64,000 bases of DNA. It comes from an uncultured Nanoarchaeota archaeon. GTDB lineage: Archaea; Nanobdellota; Nanobdellia; Pacearchaeales; GW2011-AR1. This document shows, one piece after another, positions 18,141 to 27,354 of the stretch (the first letter of the stretch is position 1; each line of letters starts with the position of its first letter). The translations under genes were made by a program, and so were the position numbers. The stretch lies in the NCBI GenBank assembly GCA_963743615.1, contig CAVUQF010000003.1:132944-196943 (forward strand), in the 5' to 3' direction. Below the pieces are notes generated by a model. That model made no database searches, was not told where the DNA came from, and saw nothing but the letters and a program-made list of their open reading frames with translations.

Positions 18141-18292
18141 GCCCCCGTAGTTTAGAGGCCAAGAATGCGGCCCTCTCAACAGTGATTTTGCCTTGTCGAA
18201 AGGTTGAAATCTAGCATCTCAATGCAACTGCTTTGAGCTCATTTAGAGCTTGGAGAACGGCCGTGACCCGAGTTCAAATCTCGGCAGGGGCA
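18141..18292 (+). tRNA. tRNA-Glu(CTC) with 79-nt intron at 37/38 (18179-18257)
   Basis: GCCCCCG/CAGGGGC acceptor (one C-A mismatch), anticodon stem CGGCC/GGCCG, loop CT-CTC-A|C, T-arm CCGAG-TTCAAAT-CTCGG; CTCT pairs with intron GGAG (BHB helix). Confidence 0.9.
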
Positions 18293-18336
18293 TCTTTAAT
18301 TAGTTTTTTATACCCCTTTCATCTAACTTTTGTAAT

Positions 18337-18409
18337 AGCCTCGTAGTACAGTGGTCAAGTATACAAGCCTCTGGAGCTTGTGACCCAGGTTCGAATCCTG
18401 GCGAGGCTA
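18337..18409 (+). tRNA. tRNA-Gln(CTG)
   Basis: AGCCTCG/CGAGGCT acceptor, CAAGC-CT-CTG-GA-GCTTG anticodon arm, CCAGG-TTCGAAT-CCTGG T-arm. Confidence 0.95.
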
Positions 18410-18423
18410 TTTTATAGAAAGAG

Positions 18424-19794
18424 ATGGTGGAGCAAAAGGATAGTCCTAGAATAAAGCAGTTGAAGTATAAATCTAGAATAAATAGCATTAAGGCCGGAAT
18501 TTTTTCATCTGCGAAGAGTTCTTTTGGAGATTATTTTGTATCTCCGTTTGCAATAGCTATTAATGCAAGCAATTCTCTGATAGTATTGTTTACTGCAGTC
18601 TCTGGTATTCTTGGTCCTTTAAGCCAGATATTCGGATCTAGGCTTATTGAAAAGTCTTCAAGGAAGAAAATAGTTCTTAATTCAGTTTTTGCAGAATTTT
18701 TATCCTGGATTCCGATTCTTGCGGTTGCAATTTTATATTGGAGCGGAATTATAACTAGTATTCTTCCAGTACTTCTGCTGCTTTTCTTTTCATTTTATGT
18801 TATAGCTTCAAACGTGGGAAACCCTGCATGGTTTTCCTGGACGGGAGATATAATAAATGAAAGATATAGGGGGAGATGGCTCTCAAAAAGAAATCTTCTT
18901 CTAGGCATTGTCTCTGTAGTACTTGCTCTTGCTGCATCGATTTTGCTTGATTATTTCAAAAGAATGAATCTGGTTATGCTTGGATTTGCAATACTATTTG
19001 GACTTGCAATTTTGTGCAGGATTATTTCTTGGGAATTCTACAAGAAACAATATGAGCCGAAACTGGAGCTTGAAGATGGATATTATTTTTCTTTTTTCAA
19101 TTTTTTGGCAAAAGCACGAAAGACTAATTTCGGTAGATTTACTTTTTTCAATGCATTATTTAATCTTTCCATTGCAATAGCTTCTCCTTTGTTTGTTATT
19201 TATATGCTGAGAGACTTAAATTTTAATTATTTCACTTACATAATAATCATCCTTGCGGGAACAGTATTTTCCCTAGTTGTTATGGAATTCTGGGGAAAGA
19301 TTTCAGATAAGTACGGAAATTATATTGTGTTATATATCACTGCAATTATTACTCCTATAACCACAATATTATGGGTTTTTTCTCCCTCGCCAGTTTACCT
19401 TGTCTTTGTCCCCGTTTTAATAAGTGGGGTTGTATCGGCAGGGTTTAATATAGCTTCAAATGACTTTATTTATGATAATGTCCGAGCTGAAAAGAGAGGA
19501 CTAGCCGTTTCTTATTTCAATATGTTAAATGGAATAGGAATATTCATCGGTGCAGGTATTGGAGCATTTTTAATTCAATTTTTGAATATACAGTTAGTAA
19601 AGCCAATATTTGCAATATTCTTGCTGAGTGGTATTACTGGAATAATCTTTGTGTTGCTGTTCCTGCCTAAGATTGAAGAGGTTCAAAGAGTGAAGAAAAA
19701 AGGTATAGGAAATACCATATTCAAGCAGTTCAGGCCAGCAATTTTAGGCGAATTTCATGAGATTAAGTCTCTCAAGAGATATTTTAAGAAATAA
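18424..19794 (+). CDS. MFS transporter
   Basis: About 12 hydrophobic helices, WGKISDKYG loop motif. Confidence 0.85.
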   Translation: MVEQKDSPRIKQLKYKSRINSIKAGIFSSAKSSFGDYFVSPFAIAINASNSLIVLFTAVSGILGPLSQIFGSRLIEKSSRKKIVLNSVFAEFLSWIPILAVAILYWSGIITSILPVLLLLFFSFYVIASNVGNPAWFSWTGDIINERYRGRWLSKRNLLLGIVSVVLALAASILLDYFKRMNLVMLGFAILFGLAILCRIISWEFYKKQYEPKLELEDGYYFSFFNFLAKARKTNFGRFTFFNALFNLSIAIASPLFVIYMLRDLNFNYFTYIIIILAGTVFSLVVMEFWGKISDKYGNYIVLYITAIITPITTILWVFSPSPVYLVFVPVLISGVVSAGFNIASNDFIYDNVRAEKRGLAVSYFNMLNGIGIFIGAGIGAFLIQFLNIQLVKPIFAIFLLSGITGIIFVLLFLPKIEEVQRVKKKGIGNTIFKQFRPAILGEFHEIKSLKRYFKK

Positions 19795-19829
19795 ATAAAG
19801 TTTTTAAATCCGGTCTTGTTTTTCATAAT

Positions 19830-20507
19830 ATGTTTAAGAAAAAGGTCTGTAGGAGATGTGGTAATACTTCAAGGGATAAATACAGCTTCTGCCCTTACTG
19901 CGGAAATGCTCTTGACAAAAAAGAGGAGAATTTTGGAATGCTCGGACGGAATGATTTTGAGTCCTCTCTTAATAATTTTGGGTCTCCTTTGGGGTTCAAT
20001 ATGATTTTTAACTCTCTTTTTAGAAATTTAGAAAAACAGCTAAGGGATATCGAGAAGCAAGGTCAGGAGAGTCGTGCTCCTGAAAATAAAAGACCCGAAG
20101 AGAGGGGCAACATCAACATTAGTATCTCTTCTTTTGGTGGAAACTCTCCTGTTATTAAAATGAATCCTCTTCCTACTAATAAGTCAAATAACAGCAAGAG
20201 AAAAGATGTGAAAAATAAGTTTGTTAATGCCTTGCCGGCGGATAAATTAAAAAAATTCTCTTCTCTTCCACGAGAGCAGCCTGAAACTAATATTAGAAGG
20301 CTTTCAAATAAGATTATCTATGAAATTTCACTTCCGGGGGTAAAATCCATAAAAGATATATCTTTATTGAACTTGGAAAAAAGTAGAGAGTTGAAAGCTG
20401 TTTCAGAAAATAAATCTTATCTGAAGACTATTCCTAATTTTCCTATAATAAACTATAAACTTTCAAAGGGCAAACTTATTCTCGAACTTGATGCTCGTGA
20501 AAATTAA
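19830..20507 (+). CDS. Zinc-ribbon plus C-terminal HSP20-like domain protein
   Basis: CRRCG...CPYCG; PETNIRRLSNKIIYEISLPGVKS...GKLILEL alpha-crystallin-like tail. Confidence 0.7.
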   Translation: MFKKKVCRRCGNTSRDKYSFCPYCGNALDKKEENFGMLGRNDFESSLNNFGSPLGFNMIFNSLFRNLEKQLRDIEKQGQESRAPENKRPEERGNINISISSFGGNSPVIKMNPLPTNKSNNSKRKDVKNKFVNALPADKLKKFSSLPREQPETNIRRLSNKIIYEISLPGVKSIKDISLLNLEKSRELKAVSENKSYLKTIPNFPIINYKLSKGKLILELDAREN

Positions 20508-21580
20508 AGGTTGAAACTAATCTTCATCTTTCTCAAATCTTCCCTTAAGGCTCTTGATTTTTCTTCGCCTAATACGTCGTAGAAGAATTGTTCATCAGCA
20601 TTCATAACCTTTTTCCAACTTTCGGCCTTTTTTACGACAAGGTCGACTTCAGATTCTGATAGAGATGTTTTCATCAAGATGTGCCATCCCAATATTGAAC
20701 CATTTTCATTTGGATTTGCATAACCTAAGACTTGGCATATCACATCCTCATCCAAGATTTCTTCGTAACTCAAAGCATTTATGATAAGCTTAGTCTGATC
20801 TATATCTAATTTTGCATAGTCTTTTATTATCAGATCTGTTTCTTTTTCAATTCCAGACAATATCTCTTTAAGTCTTATCCTTAGAAGTGTTCCTTCTTTT
20901 CCCAGTTCTATTGAGTATCTCCTCAGGTCTGCTGCAATTTTTTGAATCAATTTTCCCTTTTGAATGACCTGTATTGCAGGATTTAAATTAAAATAATTTT
21001 TCAAATCTAGCTTAATCAATTTTTCAGAATAATTATCAAATAAATCTCTTTGTTTTTCAAGGAGCTGAAGATGCTCGTTTGCTTTTCTCAACAGTTCGTC
21101 AGTAAGAATAAGATGGTACCTTATATCCTTGTAATAAATGGTGATCTCGTTTTTTCTTTCTGAAATTGCAATTGCGAGAGTTTCCGCCTGCTTTGCAGTT
21201 CTCTCCGCCGCTTTATGTCTGGTTCCTGTTTCATTCGTTTTTATTTTGCTGTCAGGTGTGAGAAGGACATTTGCATAGTTTATTTTTTTTGCATCTTTGC
21301 TTAATACAATTGCTCCATCCATTTTCGTAAGTTCAATTAATTTCTGAGGCGTGAAATTTGTATTTATTCTGAATCCTCCATCATACAATCCCGCAGTATT
21401 TTCATTGTCAAGAATAATTAAGGCTCCTTTGCCAACTCTTAATGCTCCGTCAATTGCTGATCTCAAATTTGTTCCCGGGACAATTAATTTTAATATTGAT
21501 AAGAATTCTTCTTCCGTTGCACCTTTATTTTCATTTTTTTCCGTGATCTTTCTCTGTATCTCTTTTATTCTTGCTTCCAT
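20504..21580 (-). CDS. disA: DNA integrity scanning diadenylate cyclase DisA
   Basis: PGTNLRSAID...GALI, ELTKMDGAIVLS (DGA), ETGTRHKAAERTAKQ, AISER. Confidence 0.9.
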   Translation of the reverse strand: MEARIKEIQRKITEKNENKGATEEEFLSILKLIVPGTNLRSAIDGALRVGKGALIILDNENTAGLYDGGFRINTNFTPQKLIELTKMDGAIVLSKDAKKINYANVLLTPDSKIKTNETGTRHKAAERTAKQAETLAIAISERKNEITIYYKDIRYHLILTDELLRKANEHLQLLEKQRDLFDNYSEKLIKLDLKNYFNLNPAIQVIQKGKLIQKIAADLRRYSIELGKEGTLLRIRLKEILSGIEKETDLIIKDYAKLDIDQTKLIINALSYEEILDEDVICQVLGYANPNENGSILGWHILMKTSLSESEVDLVVKKAESWKKVMNADEQFFYDVLGEEKSRALREDLRKMKISFNL

Positions 21581-21645
21581 AATTCCCCTACGATTTATTT
21601 TATTTATATACTATTGTCTCTCTTCCAGAATTAATACATAAAAAA

Positions 21646-21720
21646 TGAGCCTGCAAGGATTTGAACCTTGGACCCCTGCCTTATCAGAGCAGTGCTCTAG
21701 CCAGGCTGAGCTACAGGCTC
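21646..21720 (-). tRNA. tRNA-Ile(GAT)
   Basis: Reverse complement GAGCCTG...CTGCT-CT-GAT-AA-GGCAG...CAAGG-TTCAAAT-CCTTG-CAGGCTC-A. Confidence 0.95.
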
Positions 21721-21858
21721 ACAAAGAGAACCAAAGTTCTCTGCCTTTCTTTTGAAAGGTCTTATCTGTGAAAATTTTAGATAATATTATTTATAAAGCT
21801 TTATTGAACCGGATTAATAATAAATTAATCTTAATCCTGCCTCGAAATACCTATATTT

Positions 21859-22845
21859 TTATACTAATCCTATTTTTAGCATTTCTTCCCAGGATTTTAT
21901 GCCAAGTGCAACCAGAGCTTCTTTGAATGTAATAATTGTTCTTGGATACTTTGCAAAATCATCTATTGAGATTCTAGGACATGCCAGTACAATAAATGCA
22001 TCTATATAGTAAAAATTGAGTATTTTATCTGGAGAAAGTTCATTCATTGTAATAATTATTGCATTCTTTCCTTGTTCTTTTATTTTTTCTACTAGATAAT
22101 CTGGAGATCCAAATTTCTGACCCGGCTTTATTTCTATAATAATCCCAATATTTTTTGCCTCCTTGAATTTTTCTATTGAAATTATTCTTTGCTTTAGGAT
22201 TTTATTTCTTAATCCAGATAATTCTCTTACATCGTTGTTGTAAACATCAAGTAATACTACTGGCTTATCCACTGATAAGACTGCTCCCATCGCATGAAAT
22301 TGGTTTCCCAAAATTACAAAACAGTCTACTTCAGGTTCAATTGCTTTTAATCCTGCATATTGGCATCCCACTATATGCCCTTCATATGCAACATGTCCTA
22401 ATTTCTTTGAAAGGATAAATTCCTTTCCATTGCGTTTATAGAATTCTTCTATCTTTTCAACATCATGATGGTGCTGGACCGAATACGAGAATCCTATTTT
22501 TTTGTATTTTTTTAGCTTGTCCAATGATTTATTCAACAATGGTTTAAGGTCCAATTCATCTTTTATTTCAATGTATAAAATTGGAAAATCAATTTTCATG
22601 AATTCTGCATGACCAAAATGGACAATCAAGTCAGCTCCTACTGCTTGAGCTTCCTGTATTGCAGGCGAACACGCCCCCCAGCAAGTTTCTCCGGAGAAAA
22701 TTACTTCGATTCCTAAATCTTCAAAAATTTTAGCAAACTCCATGGAATTCTGTTTTATTCCTTCTGCCAATTGGATCAAAACTCTTTTGGGTTTTATTTT
22801 TTTTAATTCTCTTACAAGTTTATCTTTTTCAAAATTTAGTGTCAT
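21859..22845 (-). CDS. dph2: Diphthamide biosynthesis enzyme Dph2
   Basis: VLIQLAEG, ETCWGAC, LIVHFGHA, GHIVGC, LACPRISIDD (three Fe-S Cys). Confidence 0.92.
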   Translation of the reverse strand: MTLNFEKDKLVRELKKIKPKRVLIQLAEGIKQNSMEFAKIFEDLGIEVIFSGETCWGACSPAIQEAQAVGADLIVHFGHAEFMKIDFPILYIEIKDELDLKPLLNKSLDKLKKYKKIGFSYSVQHHHDVEKIEEFYKRNGKEFILSKKLGHVAYEGHIVGCQYAGLKAIEPEVDCFVILGNQFHAMGAVLSVDKPVVLLDVYNNDVRELSGLRNKILKQRIISIEKFKEAKNIGIIIEIKPGQKFGSPDYLVEKIKEQGKNAIIITMNELSPDKILNFYYIDAFIVLACPRISIDDFAKYPRTIITFKEALVALGIKSWEEMLKIGLV

Positions 22846-23109
22846 TTAGCTTATTTTTATTTTTATATCGCCTTCTTTTATCTTGCACTGACATGCCAAT
22901 CTGTGGCTTTTGTCTCTTCCCAAACTTATCTCTGGCTCCGTTAGCTCAGAAAGATTCTCTTCTCCTTCCATTACATCTATCCTACATGTTCCACAAACTC
23001 CCTCCTGACATCCAAATGGAACTCCAATTTTCTCAGCAGCTTTTGTAATTAGTTTTCCCTCATCAACATTTTCACTTTTTCCTGTTTCAATATTTGTTAT
23101 TTTTGACAT
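22846..23109 (-). CDS. 2Fe-2S ferredoxin
   Basis: PFGCQEGVCGTC...RLACQC. Confidence 0.9.
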   Translation of the reverse strand: MSKITNIETGKSENVDEGKLITKAAEKIGVPFGCQEGVCGTCRIDVMEGEENLSELTEPEISLGRDKSHRLACQCKIKEGDIKIKIS

Positions 23110-23210
23110 TATTTCTTTTAATTAGTAGTCTATAAAAGTGTTTTGGTTTGTCAGTTTTAAAGCGTCATAAAATTTATAAACAATAGTTAATCAAACTCAT
23201 TATCATTGAG

Positions 23211-23828
23211 ATGTCACATAATTGGGCGAGAATTCCGAGTGAAAAAGAGCTTAAAGAGGTCGTTGGCTCCATAGAAATGAGGGGAGTAAATGTTATTCTA
23301 GTTGATACGAAAATAGAGGCACTTGAAAGAATTAAAAAAATGATTCCTAAGGGTTCCAGCATTGCTAATGGGGGTTCCACTACTCTTATGGAAATAGGTT
23401 TTATTGAATATTTAAAAGAGGGGATTCATGGATGGAAAAATCTTCACAAAGATGTATTGAACGAGAAAGACCCCTCGAAACAAACGGACTTGCGAAGGAA
23501 GATGGATACTGCTGATTACTTTTTAGGGAGTGTGAATGCGATTTCTAAGAATGGCGAATTGGTTGCATGTGATCAGAGTGGTTCTAGAGTTAGTGCTTAT
23601 CCTTTTGCAGCAAAAAATTTGCTTATAGTCTCAGGGTATCAGAAAATAACTGATAGTTTGGAAGAGGCAATGAAAAGAGTGAGAGAATATGTACTCCCCT
23701 TGGAGAATGAGAGAGCTAAGGAAGCTTATGGTTTTGAAAGCAAACTAGGAAAATGGGTTATAATTGAGAGGGAAGTGATTCCCAACAGAACAACTTTAAT
23801 CCTTGTAAAAGAGGCACTTGGGTTTTAG
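23211..23828 (+). CDS. LUD domain (lactate utilisation LutC-like) protein
   Basis: GGSTTL, ADYFLGSVNAISKNGELV..D.SGSRV, GYQKI...LEEAMKRVREY. Confidence 0.82.
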   Translation: MSHNWARIPSEKELKEVVGSIEMRGVNVILVDTKIEALERIKKMIPKGSSIANGGSTTLMEIGFIEYLKEGIHGWKNLHKDVLNEKDPSKQTDLRRKMDTADYFLGSVNAISKNGELVACDQSGSRVSAYPFAAKNLLIVSGYQKITDSLEEAMKRVREYVLPLENERAKEAYGFESKLGKWVIIEREVIPNRTTLILVKEALGF

Positions 23829-24772
23829 ATCTGTTTTTTCATAAGATATTCGTGTGCATAGTAAGCTGCGGTGCACCCATCGGCAATTCCGGTAATAAGC
23901 TGTTTGAATTCCTTGTCAGTAACATCTCCTGCTGCAAAAACTCCTTCAATATTTGTTTCTGCTGTTCTAGCGTCAATTACTATTTCCTCTCTTTTATTCA
24001 ATGTTACTCCTAGCTTTTTTGCAAGTTCTGAAAGGGGAATATGCCCTATGTCTATGAAGAGACCATCAACCTTTATTTCATTTTTCCCTTTGTAAGGGTT
24101 ATCAATAATTATACTTTTCACAGACTTATCTCCTTTGATTTCTTTGATGTTTGTTTTCTTTATATCTTCAATTTTTTTATCACTTTTCATTCTTTCAAGA
24201 TTTATTGGCTCGGCGCTGATCTCGTTTCTTGCGATTATATAGACTTTTTTTGCGTATTTTGATAGTATAAAAGAATCTTTTATTGCAGAATCGCTCCCCC
24301 CAACTACTGCGACTGTCTTATCTCTAAATAAAGGTCCATCACATAAAGCACAGTAATACACCCCCCGTCTTTCAAATTCTGTCGATCCTGGAACTTCCAA
24401 CTTTCTCCATCTTGTTCCTGTGGCAAATAAAATTGTTTTAGACTGATATTGCTTTTTATCAGTTTTTACGTAAAAGATATCTTTTTTCTTTTCTATACTG
24501 ACTGCTCTATCTTCCCTTATTGTAACTAGCCCATAACTTTTAGCTTGTTCTTCTATCTTCTTTGCAAGTTCAAATCCAGAAATTTTTGCAAATCCAGGAT
24601 AATTTTCAACTAAGTCTGTTGTTGTTATTACACCCCCCACGGGTAACTCTGAACCATGACTTGCCCCTAAAACGAGGGTTTTCAATCCCAATCTTGCGGC
24701 ATACATTGCGGCGGCTAGTCCTGTCCCTCCTGCACCCAAAACTAAAAAATCATATGATTCTGTGTTTTCCAC
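23825..24772 (-). CDS. trxB: Thioredoxin reductase
   Basis: GAGGTG, VENYPG, RGVYYCALCDG, VVGGSDSA, GVFAAGDVT; GTG start. Confidence 0.92.
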   Translation of the reverse strand: MENTESYDFLVLGAGGTGLAAAMYAARLGLKTLVLGASHGSELPVGGVITTTDLVENYPGFAKISGFELAKKIEEQAKSYGLVTIREDRAVSIEKKKDIFYVKTDKKQYQSKTILFATGTRWRKLEVPGSTEFERRGVYYCALCDGPLFRDKTVAVVGGSDSAIKDSFILSKYAKKVYIIARNEISAEPINLERMKSDKKIEDIKKTNIKEIKGDKSVKSIIIDNPYKGKNEIKVDGLFIDIGHIPLSELAKKLGVTLNKREEIVIDARTAETNIEGVFAAGDVTDKEFKQLITGIADGCTAAYYAHEYLMKKQI

Positions 24773-24803
24773 GTGTTCTTTACCTAACTATTTTATTTAA
24801 ATC

Positions 24804-25946
24804 TTACCTGTGTTGTTTTTCTTTTACGAATAGCAATAGAATTATTGATATTAAGGCTACTGCTGAAGTAAAGATAAACATTACACTGTAACTGATGTTC
24901 CATAAAAATCCTGCAATTAATCCCCCAACTATAGCCATTATTCCTGTAGCAAAATAATAAGATCCAAATGCAGTCCCCCTTGATTTTCCAGATAAGTCTG
25001 AGACAAACGCTCTTTGATTTGAGTCTGTTATTGCGTAAACCAGCCCATAGAGTGCAAATAAAATTCCTAAGTAGATAATATTAGAAGTGAAAATAAGCCC
25101 AATACTTATTAAGAAGAATAGAACATATCCTATTAGCAAAACCCTTTTTCTTCCTATTTTATCAGATAGATTTCCAAAAAATATGGGGAATACTGAATAG
25201 AAAATGTTGAATATTACGAATAATACTAAAGGCAGAATTATACTCCCTGTTATTTCCTTGGCTCTTAATTCAAGGAACATATAAAATCCAAAATTTCCAA
25301 AGATGAAAATTGATGCAACCAGGATAAAATATTTTAAATTCTTATTCAGAGATTTATTTTCTTTAATTAAACTTTTTTTTATTTTCTTGCTTTTGTAGTC
25401 TTTTACAAATGAGACTGTTATCAGTGAGACAACTGCTATAAGCGAGGCAATTAGTATAATAGATTTGAAGTTCAAATTTAATTTCCAGAATAAAAATAGT
25501 ACAAGAAGTGTCCCAATTACTGCTCCCGCACTGTCCATTGCCTGCTGTATCCCAAATTTTTTCCCACGATTTTTATTTGATTTCGCGATTATTGCATCTC
25601 TTGGGGAGTCTCTAAACTTTCCTACACGTGAAGAAGCATCAAATGCTGTGACCTGCTGCCATGAACCTGCAATTAGCAATAGGAATTTGAAAATATCTGA
25701 AATCAAATACCCAAGAAAAACAAGTGGCTTTCTTTTTCCAACTCTGTCTGAGAGCCATCCCCCAATCATATTGAAAAAGCTTGATATCCCGTCTCTTAAC
25801 CCACTTAATAATCCAATGGCTATGCCTGTTCCTCCAAGCCCTATTATATAAAATGGCAATATTGCACTAATTGCATTGCTGCCAACATCATTGAATAAAC
25901 TTGACGATCCTAGCAAAAGGCTGTTCCTTTTCCACCCTTTTTTCAT
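24804..25946 (-). CDS. MFS transporter
   Basis: GWLSDRVGKRK and LSDKIGRKR motifs, multiple TM helices. Confidence 0.9.
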   Translation of the reverse strand: MKKGWKRNSLLLGSSSLFNDVGSNAISAILPFYIIGLGGTGIAIGLLSGLRDGISSFFNMIGGWLSDRVGKRKPLVFLGYLISDIFKFLLLIAGSWQQVTAFDASSRVGKFRDSPRDAIIAKSNKNRGKKFGIQQAMDSAGAVIGTLLVLFLFWKLNLNFKSIILIASLIAVVSLITVSFVKDYKSKKIKKSLIKENKSLNKNLKYFILVASIFIFGNFGFYMFLELRAKEITGSIILPLVLFVIFNIFYSVFPIFFGNLSDKIGRKRVLLIGYVLFFLISIGLIFTSNIIYLGILFALYGLVYAITDSNQRAFVSDLSGKSRGTAFGSYYFATGIMAIVGGLIAGFLWNISYSVMFIFTSAVALISIILLLFVKEKQHR

Positions 25947-26050
25947 GCCTGGTTAAGAATAATTGGGGATAAAAAGGTTTTGAAGCAGTAAACAATGTAA
26001 CTCTTTTTGTGACCTATCTATTTAAAATATTTAATATTCTTTTGTTTAAG

Positions 26051-26434
26051 ATGGAAGAACAAAAGTCACAAAAACCAAATGTATATCATATAAGACTTAC
26101 GGACAATCTTGAGTATTCAGAAAATAATAACCATAATCATTCTGGAATCATGTTTGTGGGTAATCTACATGATATAAATAGTTTGATTGAGCAAAAATGG
26201 AGAATAAATCACTTTGCACGTACTGATCCGTTGGACAGATGTCCTTCTTCATTTCTTTATCATTATCTTTCGGAGTATAATACTTCTGCATTTGTTTATT
26301 TGGGAAGAATTTCCCCTTTTAGGGTACTGGAGATTGATATTTCAGGATTAACAAAAGGATCGCTGGAGAATACTTTAAAGAATCTTGGTCTTGAGTATGA
26401 TGAGGACAGATTAAGGATTGGCAATCCTTTCTAG
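26051..26434 (+). CDS. Hypothetical protein
   Basis: ORF track 26009-26434; first ATG at 26051; no motif recognised. Confidence 0.55.
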   Translation: MEEQKSQKPNVYHIRLTDNLEYSENNNHNHSGIMFVGNLHDINSLIEQKWRINHFARTDPLDRCPSSFLYHYLSEYNTSAFVYLGRISPFRVLEIDISGLTKGSLENTLKNLGLEYDEDRLRIGNPF

Positions 26435-26446
26435 AGTTTTTCCCTT

Positions 26447-26471
26447 CGCCCAGACCCAGAATTGAACTGGA
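26447..26471 (-). other. Orphan tRNA 3' fragment (T-arm, acceptor 3' strand, G73), possibly Asp-like; possible att remnant
   Basis: Reverse complement TCCAG-TTCAATT-CTGGG-TCTGGGC-G, 6 nt downstream of tRNA-Ser; not a copy of the Ser 3' end. Confidence 0.6.
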
Positions 26472-26477
26472 ATATTA

Positions 26478-26559
26478 CGCCAGTGCTAGGATTTGAACCT
26501 AGGAGCCCCGAAGGGCACGGTTTTCGAGACCGTTCCATTAACCGCTCTGGCACACTGGC
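26478..26559 (-). tRNA. tRNA-Ser(CGA)
   Basis: GCCAGTG/CACTGGC, ACGGT-CT-CGA-AA-ACCGT, long variable arm GCCC-TTCG-GGGC, CCTAG-GTTCAAAT-CCTAG, G73. Confidence 0.95.
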
Positions 26560-27241
26560 ATATTCTTTTTAATTTTTCTTGTTTCTTTGAATGATTAAAT
26601 CCAATTACTTTATAAAATTTTTTTACATTTTCTTTTCCATTAATAAACAATAAATAATTTATATTCCAATTGGGATTTTTTCTTTTGTAAGAATAAACCT
26701 TTGAAGTTATACCAAATTCATTTAATAGTTCTTTTATAGATTCTACTCCCCTTTTGCTGACAGTTTGGAAACTAATTCTGCTTTTGCTCGGATAGACATA
26801 CGCTTCACAATCAAAAATAGCCTTTATCCATTCTATTTTTTCTCCTTTTGATTGTAAAATTTTTGGAAATTCCCAGTACAATGATTCAAATTTGGAAATT
26901 GACATTAAATCCTCCCAGGCTGGTTTCGAGCTTACATGAACAATATAGTATTTCTTTAATTTTCTAAATGCTGGTTTTTTTAAGTATAGCTTATTAAAGT
27001 CGTCGAGAAAGAGTTTTAACATTTTTGAATCATCTGGATAAAACCGAATATCATGATGCTTTCCGTTCTGATAATTTTTCATTGAAGTTAAACTTCCATC
27101 TCCCATAAGAAATCCGATTAGTCTTGCTTTTTCTTTTTTTAATTTTAAATGTTTATCTTTTATATGTTCTTTTACTGGGTTATGATATTTTTCCCATCTG
27201 GATTTTAATCCTATTTTACTTAATTCAGAATAATCTTTCAT
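26486..27241 (-). CDS. Free-standing two-motif LAGLIDADG homing endonuclease-like protein; 3' end overlaps tRNA-Ser
   Basis: RLIGFLMGDGSL and EWIKAIFDCEAYV motifs; final IGFNHSKKQEKL segment; stop TAG lies inside the tRNA. Confidence 0.85.
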   Translation of the reverse strand: MKDYSELSKIGLKSRWEKYHNPVKEHIKDKHLKLKKEKARLIGFLMGDGSLTSMKNYQNGKHHDIRFYPDDSKMLKLFLDDFNKLYLKKPAFRKLKKYYIVHVSSKPAWEDLMSISKFESLYWEFPKILQSKGEKIEWIKAIFDCEAYVYPSKSRISFQTVSKRGVESIKELLNEFGITSKVYSYKRKNPNWNINYLLFINGKENVKKFYKVIGFNHSKKQEKLKRICQCARAVNGTVSKTVPFGAPRFKS

Positions 27242-27354
27242 TGTTCTATTAATATCATTTTACTTATAAATGTTTAGAGTGTAGCGCAGTGCCATCTTGT
27301 AGATCGGGTCCAAAAGTCAGAAACATTTTAAAACTATTCTATTCTTTTTAGTAA

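Noticed and set aside
18300-18488. 62-aa minus-strand ORF (IASPGFEPGSQAPEAC)
   Set aside because: Antisense translation of tRNA-Gln.
27277-27311. gagtgtagcgcagt...catcttgtagatcgggtcc upstream of the LAGLIDADG ORF as a tRNA or split-tRNA half
   Set aside because: Resembles a tRNA 5' start, but has no complete D-arm, T-arm or matching acceptor strand; at best a decayed remnant.
26447-27311. LAGLIDADG ORF as part of a group I or BHB intron in an interrupted tRNA/rRNA
   Set aside because: No group I P7 core, no BHB pairing and no exons that rebuild a gene were found; tRNA-Ser is complete without splicing.
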